Shown here one piece after another: positions 57,852 through 64,000 of a DNA stretch of 64,000 nt. Position numbers and translations under genes: made by a program. Position 1 is the first letter of the stretch. Every line of letters starts with the position of its first letter. Source of the DNA: Azoarcus sp. (GTDB taxonomy: Bacteria > Pseudomonadota > Gammaproteobacteria > Burkholderiales > Rhodocyclaceae); NCBI GenBank assembly GCA_031556475.1, contig JAVBSY010000004.1, forward strand, positions 380-64,379, written 5' to 3'. Below the pieces are notes generated by a model. The model worked only from the letters and a program-made list of their open reading frames with translations. It made no database searches and was not told the DNA's origin.

Positions 57852-58560
57852 CCCGAAGCGCCCGAAGATTTTTGCCGTTGCCGCCGACGGCACGCGCACA
57901 CCGATCGATGCCGCGCGGATCGAGATCGGCACCGGCCGCCGCCGACTGTCGCTTGCCTTTGCCCCGGGCGTGGCCGTCATCGAAGCCGTGACCACGGGCA
58001 AGGCCGCGGTTCCGGCCTTGAGCGTGCAGGCCGACGCCCATAGCCGTCTCGTCGTGCGCATGACTGCGCGCCGCGCCGCTTTGCCCTCTGCGTTGCCACC
58101 ATCGCTCGCGCTGACCGTGCAGAAAGCGGTGGAAGGCGAGGATCGCGAAAATGCGCCGAAAAAACGCCAGATCCGCCGTTGGGCGCAGGCTGCGCTGCGC
58201 CGTGATGCTGACGTGACGGTGCGACTTGTGGGTGAGGACGAAGGGAGCGAACTCAACCACGGCTTTCGCGGCAAGGACGGCCCGACCAACGTACTCACTT
58301 TCGTCTATGACGGCGCTGGTGATAGCGGTGGCACGCACGCGCCGCTGCAGGGCGATCTGGTGTTGTGCGTGCCGGTCGTCATGCGTGAAGCGGCGGCGCA
58401 GCGCAAAACGGCCGAGGCGCATTTCGCCCATCTGATCGTACACGGCATGCTCCACCTGCAAGGCTATGGCCACGACGACGATGCCGAGGCCACGGTGATG
58501 GAAGGGCTGGAAAGAGAAATCCTGCACCGGCTGGGTTATGCCGACCCTTACGCGTCGTAA
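57832..58560 (+). CDS. ybeY: rRNA maturation endoribonuclease YbeY with N-terminal extension
   Basis: LNHGFRGKDGPTNVLTF, GDLVLC, HGMLHLQGYGH (H3XH5XH). Confidence 0.92.
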   Translation: MSKPAADPKRPKIFAVAADGTRTPIDAARIEIGTGRRRLSLAFAPGVAVIEAVTTGKAAVPALSVQADAHSRLVVRMTARRAALPSALPPSLALTVQKAVEGEDRENAPKKRQIRRWAQAALRRDADVTVRLVGEDEGSELNHGFRGKDGPTNVLTFVYDGAGDSGGTHAPLQGDLVLCVPVVMREAAAQRKTAEAHFAHLIVHGMLHLQGYGHDDDAEATVMEGLEREILHRLGYADPYAS

Positions 58561-58602
58561 GACGGCTACGCTACCACTTTCGCACGTGGTGGTTTTGGCG
58601 CG

Positions 58603-59067
58603 CTAAACCGGCTTGAGCACCATCAGGAAGTAAACCACCACCATCGCGATAAAGGCTGGATAGCCCAGTGCTTCCCAACGCCGGGCGTAGCGCCAATACA
58701 GATCGGGCAGGCCGGTCTTCGCTTCATGCGCGGTCAGGGCCAATCTGCCCATCCTGATCTGATACCACACCACCGGCAGCCAGCAGATACCCGCCAGCGC
58801 GTACAGGCCGAGCGATGCGACGAGCCATGTCGAAGACAACGGATAGCCGGCAAGGTGGGCCAGGTAGAAGCCGGAGAGTGGTTGAACGATGACGGCCGGT
58901 GTGGTGAACCACCAATCCGCCCGTACGACCAGGCGCGACACGGTGGCAATGGTTTCGACGGAGCGCGAGCGGTTGGTGAAGAACAGGTAGAACGCCGTGC
59001 CGAAGCCGGTACCGACCATGAGAACGGACGAGAGGATGTGGAGCGTTTTGACGAGCAGGTAGTCCAT
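58603..59067 (-). CDS. DUF2269-family integral membrane protein
   Basis: KTLHILSS...GTGFGTA, DWWFT, WLPVVWYQ, LMVLKP. Confidence 0.85.
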   Translation of the reverse strand: MDYLLVKTLHILSSVLMVGTGFGTAFYLFFTNRSRSVETIATVSRLVVRADWWFTTPAVIVQPLSGFYLAHLAGYPLSSTWLVASLGLYALAGICWLPVVWYQIRMGRLALTAHEAKTGLPDLYWRYARRWEALGYPAFIAMVVVYFLMVLKPV

Positions 59068-59068
59068 G

Positions 59069-60319
59069 TCATTTCTCCTCGGCGAACAGGATGGTGAGGA
59101 CGGCGAGAAGTGGAAGGTTCTTGAGCACCGGTCCGAACGGGTGAAGCAGAAAATCGGGTATCCGCAGCGCGATGATCGCGGTGTAGCCGAGTACCAGGGC
59201 GGCTTGCGCCAGCCACAAGCGTTTCGACGGATAGCACAGCGTGGCGATGCCCATGACGAAGTCGAGCAGGGCGGCGCCATAAAGCGCGGCGAGGGCTGGG
59301 AAGCCCGTCAAGCCCGTGCGCGCCAGCAGTTCGAGGCTGGAAGCAATCGGGTAGGCAAACAGGCTGACGTAAGCCGTGGTAAACCACACGATGGCCAGTG
59401 CGATGCGTAGCAGCCACGTTCGCCAGGCCGCCAGCGCCCGATGGCGCAGAAGCTCCGCACGGCCGGGGGTGATGAAGCTTTCCACACCGCCGGGTGGGCG
59501 CCCCAGCAGGCGAGTGATGCCGTCCGCATCGGCGGAGTTGCCCGCGCGCAGCATGCACCAGGTGTCGGCGGTGAGCGGCGCACCGGGAATCAGCCCGGTA
59601 ATGCGCGCGGCGCAAGCCATCAGCGGGCGGGGAATGGAAACGATGGGTCCGCCACCGAACCCCATTGCGCGCCGGTAGGTTTCGATCATCTCCCGGTAAG
59701 TGACGCTGGTTTCGCCAACGACATCGACGCATTGCCCCGGCGCCGTCGCGGGATCGAGTGCGATACGGACGGCTTCCACCAGGTCGTCGATGTGCACAGG
59801 CCGGAACATCGCCCCGTCGAGGCGTGGAAGCGGGATGACCGGCAGGCTGGCAAGCGCGCGGAACATGGCGGCGGACGTTCCGTCGTCACCGTAAACCAAC
59901 GCGGGGCGCAGAATCTGCCATCCTACCGGCAGCTTCATAAGCGCTTGGTCGGCCGCCAGCTTGGTTCTGAAGTAAGCCGTTGTGCCGGTTTTGGCTCCCA
60001 GCGCGGAAATCTGCACGACCCGCTTGACCTTGGCCTGGGCGCATGCGGCAAACAGGGCGGCCGGGGCGCGGTAGTGGATGTCGTCGAAGCGATTTCCCCT
60101 GGTTTCGACGATGATGCCGACCGCGTTGACGACCGCATCGATGCCGGCGAGGCGTGGAAGCCATGCCGCAACGGAAAAATCCGCGCTGAAATCCATGCCC
60201 AGGTCGTTCGCCGCCAGTGGATGGCGAACGCCGTGCACAATGTCGTGGCCTTCACTGGCAAGGCGCTGGCAGATTGCCTTGCCGATGAAACCCGACGCGC
60301 CGCAAACGAGGATTTTCAT
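59069..60319 (-). CDS. NAD-dependent epimerase/SDR fused to a DoxX-like membrane domain
   Basis: Start 60319 MKILVCGASGFIG; SALGA, YFRTK; C-terminal 4 TM ending HPFGPVLKNLP. Confidence 0.85.
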   Translation of the reverse strand: MKILVCGASGFIGKAICQRLASEGHDIVHGVRHPLAANDLGMDFSADFSVAAWLPRLAGIDAVVNAVGIIVETRGNRFDDIHYRAPAALFAACAQAKVKRVVQISALGAKTGTTAYFRTKLAADQALMKLPVGWQILRPALVYGDDGTSAAMFRALASLPVIPLPRLDGAMFRPVHIDDLVEAVRIALDPATAPGQCVDVVGETSVTYREMIETYRRAMGFGGGPIVSIPRPLMACAARITGLIPGAPLTADTWCMLRAGNSADADGITRLLGRPPGGVESFITPGRAELLRHRALAAWRTWLLRIALAIVWFTTAYVSLFAYPIASSLELLARTGLTGFPALAALYGAALLDFVMGIATLCYPSKRLWLAQAALVLGYTAIIALRIPDFLLHPFGPVLKNLPLLAVLTILFAEEK

Positions 60320-60684
60320 TGCGGTACACCCTTGGCGTTGATTTGCACGACTGTTTGCGTAGGCGGTTTCGGTATTCCCTTGAAAACCGCGCGGGCCAGG
60401 AAACCCACCGAAACGACGATGCCGACCAGGGTCAGCGTCAGCGCATGCCGGGCGACATCCCCTGCCGCAGCCGTGGGATCGCCGCTGCGGCCGAAGATCA
60501 GGACGAACATCAGCGGAACGGCGACGATGAGGATGTTTGTGATCCGCACCCAGAATTCGGAGCGATCCTGCGTGCCGCACAGGTCCGCCAGCAGGCGCGT
60601 GGTCACGCTCTTCAAATACAGGCTGGCCAGCAGGCCGACGATCAGCGGGATGGAGATTTCGACTGCAAAGTTTCCGATGGACAT
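60316..60684 (-). CDS. Hypothetical membrane protein
   Basis: Start 60684 MSIGNF; three hydrophobic segments; LADLCGTQDRSEFW; coupled to the next gene. Confidence 0.7.
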   Translation of the reverse strand: MSIGNFAVEISIPLIVGLLASLYLKSVTTRLLADLCGTQDRSEFWVRITNILIVAVPLMFVLIFGRSGDPTAAAGDVARHALTLTLVGIVVSVGFLARAVFKGIPKPPTQTVVQINAKGVPQ

Positions 60685-61145
60685 GATTGTTCGCTCCTGC
60701 CTTGTGTGTTGATGGAACAAGCCCCGTTTTCGCATTGCCGCGCCGCCCGTTTTTTTACTTGCCTGGCAACCAGAGAGTCGAACAGCCAGCCGAAATGGCG
60801 GCCGAGCCAGTGCCGGTTGCGGGCGAACGCTTTGTACAGGGTGTCGGCCGGCCGGCGTAGAACCCCCCATGCGCTTGGTGCAACGAGCCAGCTCAGACCT
60901 GCCGCCTGACAGGCAAGCCTGACTGTTTCCATGCCGGAGACCATGCGGCCATCGGCGCATTGGGCGCGAACCTCGGCTTCGAAATCGCGCAGGGTCAGTC
61001 CGTAGCGGGAGGGATCGAAATCCGCCGCCGTGATATCGACAAAACGCAGCAGATCGGCTTGGTTACGCACTTGCAGGCTGTCGATGTCGAAACGGCAGAT
61101 CGGACAATTGCTGTCGTAAAAGAGGGTCAGTGGGTAGATATTCAT
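60642..61145 (-). CDS. DCC1-like thiol-disulfide oxidoreductase (DUF393)
   Basis: Start 61145; LFYDSNCPIC (DxxCxxC), YKAFARNRHWL. Confidence 0.85.
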   Translation of the reverse strand: MNIYPLTLFYDSNCPICRFDIDSLQVRNQADLLRFVDITAADFDPSRYGLTLRDFEAEVRAQCADGRMVSGMETVRLACQAAGLSWLVAPSAWGVLRRPADTLYKAFARNRHWLGRHFGWLFDSLVARQVKKRAARQCENGACSINTQGRSEQSCPSETLQSKSPSR

Positions 61146-61164
61146 GGTCTTTGTCTTGACGGAA

Positions 61165-61184
61165 ATTTCTGTATTGACAGAAAT
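61165..61184. promoter_or_regulatory. Palindromic operator 1
   Basis: ATTTCTGT-ATTG-ACAGAAAT, about 20 bp upstream of the DCC1 ATG. Confidence 0.8.
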
Positions 61185-61318
61185 ATGTATCTTGAAAAAA
61201 CGGGCGTTTTGCCCGATTACATTACAAACTTCCACCGCTTCCGAATGGCTTCACTCCAGCGCATTGTGGGGTGAGGCGTTCGGCGACAAGCTTGAGTCCC
61301 GTAGGCAAGACTCTATAC

Positions 61319-61354
61319 TTTTCTTAATTTCTGTCAATACAGAAATTAAGAAAA
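61319..61354. promoter_or_regulatory. Palindromic operator 2 (extended)
   Basis: TTTTCTTAATTTCTGT-CAAT-ACAGAAATTAAGAAAA; its core 20-mer is the exact reverse complement of operator 1. Confidence 0.8.
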
Positions 61355-61569
61355 TATGCACCTGAGTCGAAATCCATTGGATGTTGCGGTACCGTAGGAA
61401 ATCGGGAGGCAAGAAAGCGTGATGGGGAATGAACTGCCAGGAATCGTGTGTGGCTATGGGCAAACGACAGCCCGCTTCATGACGTCGACAGAAAAGGTGG
61501 TGGTCCGGGGTTGGGCTCCCCGGCATGTACAGCACAACCCAAAGTCCGTCGCAGGTGCCGGAAGTTGTG

Positions 61570-61929
61570 ATGCCGCGTAATTGCTCTCGGTGTGGTACGG
61601 ATGTTTCCGCCACGATGGTTGGTCGCGCGGTTGCCGGTTTACCCGTGTCCTGCCGGAATTGTGGTGCGAAACTGACCGTCTCGGACCTGTGGAAGCTTTC
61701 TTATGCGCTCGTGGCCGTGCTTCTCTTCGTGTTTGTCGTTGCGTGGAGTGTGCGCTTGCGCTCTTTCGCACCTTACGCGCTTCTGCCGGTCGTCATGGCG
61801 CCTATTACGATGCTGGTCGCCCGGATCGCCACTCCGCGTGTGCAGCATTACCCTCCCCTGCGGGCCTTGATCGCATGGCTTGGGTTCGTGCTTTTCATGG
61901 TGGCGTTGCTTTGGCTGTCCAGGATATGA
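61570..61929 (+). CDS. Small Zn-ribbon + 3 TM hypothetical protein
   Basis: CSRC...CRNC followed by three hydrophobic helices. Confidence 0.55.
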   Translation: MPRNCSRCGTDVSATMVGRAVAGLPVSCRNCGAKLTVSDLWKLSYALVAVLLFVFVVAWSVRLRSFAPYALLPVVMAPITMLVARIATPRVQHYPPLRALIAWLGFVLFMVALLWLSRI

Positions 61930-61972
61930 GCGTGGATCGGATCGCCAGCGGCCATGCGCGCCGTGGCCAGGC

Positions 61973-62698
61973 TCAGTTCGGAATCATCATCAGGAAAGGC
62001 GCGACGTTGCCCGTCAGCCAGCCTTGGCCGAAATCGATCGCCGCACGGCGGTATTTCTCGTCGGCCTGCGCGGCGAGCAGGTCCAGCCGGGCGACAATTT
62101 TGGAAAGCTCCCGGTCGACGACGAGGTTGCGTTCGTGTGTGCCGATTTCGCTCGCCCGTAGCAGCGGCTGGCCGTCGATGCCGGTTTTCGAGCCGAGCAG
62201 CCACAGCGAGATTTCGAAGTTGCGCGCGGCACGGTAGCTGTTTTCTGCGTCGACGCCGTCCAGTATGGTCTGCTGCCAGGTGTTGCCGTTGGTTTGCTTG
62301 AGCAACGCGGCCCAGCCGGCAACGAGGGCCGCCACGCGGTCGCCCTGGAAGCCTTGGGGCTTGGTGTCGAAGGCCATGCGGATCGCGTCGATGCCGGTGG
62401 CACCGCCCAGTTCCGGCAGCGGCGGGCCCTGCATGATGGCGCTCCAGGTGCGCTCGATGGCTTCGTCCATGCTCGCACAGCATTTGCGCCATTCGCGCGG
62501 ATTGCGCCGATAGAGCGTGAACTGCACCTTGCGCACGGATTCGAGGTTGTCGCGCAGGCTCAGGTTGGCAATGCGGTTGGCGCCCGATTGCAGCCATTCG
62601 CGGTTCTCGTAATCCTGCGCGCGTTCCGTGGAGTGCAGGGAACTGCAACCACCAAGGCCAAGCAGACCGATGCCGAGTATCCAGATGCAATGTCGCAT
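61973..62698 (-). CDS. Conserved hypothetical lipoprotein
   Basis: Lipobox LGGC after a hydrophobic leader; LYRRNPREWRK motif. Confidence 0.75.
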   Translation of the reverse strand: MRHCIWILGIGLLGLGGCSSLHSTERAQDYENREWLQSGANRIANLSLRDNLESVRKVQFTLYRRNPREWRKCCASMDEAIERTWSAIMQGPPLPELGGATGIDAIRMAFDTKPQGFQGDRVAALVAGWAALLKQTNGNTWQQTILDGVDAENSYRAARNFEISLWLLGSKTGIDGQPLLRASEIGTHERNLVVDRELSKIVARLDLLAAQADEKYRRAAIDFGQGWLTGNVAPFLMMIPN

Positions 62699-63077
62699 GC
62701 GGGAGGGACGTGGGAAATGACACATGGTTCGTACCTCATTATCGTTCAGCTTGCGACCTGCCGGCTATGAATGTTTTGCCGTGACGATAGACATACGCCG
62801 CCGTTCATCGTTGCCGGGGACGGTGGCTTTCGAGCCAGAGCCGCCGAGGAAACGGGCCTGCTGTGCCGTGCCGGTCCTTGTCCGGCGCAGCTACCGCGTC
62901 GAGAATCGCCCGTCGGGGCATAATAGGCGTTGTTTCATGGCATGCGCTTGATCGGATGCCCCTGCGGGTGTTGTGTTTGCAGTTTCGTTTTCGTGTCCGT
63001 ACGGCGGTTCGGTGCGGATAAGCGCCGAATGGCCGCCGCCCGGAATTCCGCTCCTCACATTGTTGTCGACTGATGAA

Positions 63078-63956
63078 ATGGACTCTTCCCCCGGTAAGTC
63101 GCCCCCGTCGTTGATCGACCGGCTATCGACGTTGCTGTCGCGTGAGCCGGAAGATCGCGACGAATTGCTCGAGCTTCTGCGTTCGGCGTGCGAGCGCAGT
63201 CTGCTAGACGCCGATGCCCTGTCGATCATCGAAGGCGCGCTGCAGATTTCCGAACTGCAGGCACGCGATGTGATGGTGCCACGTGCGCGCATGGATGCGA
63301 TCCACCTGAGCGATTCGCTCGACCGTATCGTCGCTTTCGTCGTCGAAACCGGGCATTCCCGCTTTCCGGCGATAGGCGAGGACAAGGACGACATTGCCGG
63401 TATTCTGCTCACCAAGGATTTGCTGCGCTACTTTGCCGGGGAGGCATTCGCGCCGGGCGACCTGCGCGCCATGTTGCGCCCGGCGGTGTTCGTGCCTGAA
63501 TCGAAGCGCCTCAACATGCTGCTGCGCGATTTCCGCGTCAGTCACAATCACATGGCGATCGTCGTCGATGAATACGGCGGCGTTGCCGGCCTCGTCACCA
63601 TCGAAGACGTGCTTGAACAGATCGTCGGCGACATAGAGGACGAATACGACCACACCGACGTCGACGACAGCATCCGCCTCACCGGCGACGGCCGTTACCG
63701 GGTCAAGGCGTCGGTTGCGGTGGGCGCTTTCAATACCGCCTTCGCAACCACCTTCAGCGCGGCGGATGCCGATACCCTCGGCGGTCTCGTCATCCGTGAG
63801 CTTGGCCGCCTGCCGCAGCACGGCGAAATCGTACACCTGGGCGGGTTCGAGATGCGCGTGTTGCGCGCCGATGCGCGGCGCATTCATATGCTGCTGATCG
63901 AACGCCTGCCGGATGTAACCGCCGTGGTGGCCGAATCCGATAGCGCCGCCTTTTGA
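63078..63956 (+). CDS. corC: CBS/CorC_HlyC transporter-associated protein
   Basis: RDVMVPR, GHSRFP, VVDEYGGVAGLVTIEDVLEQIVGDIEDE, DTLGG. Confidence 0.93.
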   Translation: MDSSPGKSPPSLIDRLSTLLSREPEDRDELLELLRSACERSLLDADALSIIEGALQISELQARDVMVPRARMDAIHLSDSLDRIVAFVVETGHSRFPAIGEDKDDIAGILLTKDLLRYFAGEAFAPGDLRAMLRPAVFVPESKRLNMLLRDFRVSHNHMAIVVDEYGGVAGLVTIEDVLEQIVGDIEDEYDHTDVDDSIRLTGDGRYRVKASVAVGAFNTAFATTFSAADADTLGGLVIRELGRLPQHGEIVHLGGFEMRVLRADARRIHMLLIERLPDVTAVVAESDSAAF

Positions 63957-64000
63957 TGAAGTTGCGCCTGCTGTTCGCGCTGTTTGCCGGCGGCGCGTCG
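63956..64000 (+). CDS. lnt: Probable start of apolipoprotein N-acyltransferase (truncated by the window)
   Basis: ATG overlaps the corC stop; hydrophobic MKLRLLFALFAGGAS; conserved corC-lnt synteny. Only 15 codons visible. Confidence 0.55.
   Translation, partial: MKLRLLFALFAGGAS

Noticed and set aside
56766-58298. 510-aa - strand ORF
   Set aside because: Antisense to ybeZ/ybeY.
62726-63077. Riboswitch or sRNA upstream of corC
   Set aside because: No recognisable riboswitch consensus or terminator/antiterminator seen by eye.
1-64000. CRISPR array, rRNA, IS transposase, reverse transcriptase/retron
   Set aside because: No regularly spaced repeats, rRNA-like sequence, DDE transposase motifs or RT (YxDD) motifs were seen.

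Overview
This is a betaproteobacterial chromosome segment (Rhodocyclales-like, i.e. Aromatoleum/Azoarcus/Thauera type; taxon inferred from gene content and order) in two parts. (1) Bases 1-26079 are the right-hand portion of a mosaic genomic island integrated at the 3' end of yicC. The 21-bp yicC tail (QVQNIE-stop), a perfect IHF site and arm-like repeats lie just before gmk. The island carries two LysR/hydrolase-oxidoreductase cargo modules, decayed hipA and recombinase fragments, and an intact Integrase_1-type tyrosine recombinase. That recombinase is separated by a 1.24-kb region without convincing ORFs from a three-gene operon with duplicated membrane proteins. Next come a Fic protein and a five-gene type I Druantia-like anti-phage operon in a circularly permuted order (D-E-A-B-C). 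(2) Bases 26088-64000 are core/variable chromosome: gmk-rpoZ-spoT, an FNR-boxed napFDAGHBC operon, a partial xanthomonadin/aryl-polyene-like pigment cluster (KS, CLF, DH, KR, chorismatase, halogenase-like), a methyltransferase-rnhA-dnaQ block bracketed by inverted paralogous lipoprotein genes, tRNA(CAT), miaB-phoH-ybeY, an inserted DCC1/epimerase/DUF2269 operon with twin palindromic operators but no regulator in the window, then corC and the start of lnt. All family assignments come from motif recognition by eye; no database searches were run.
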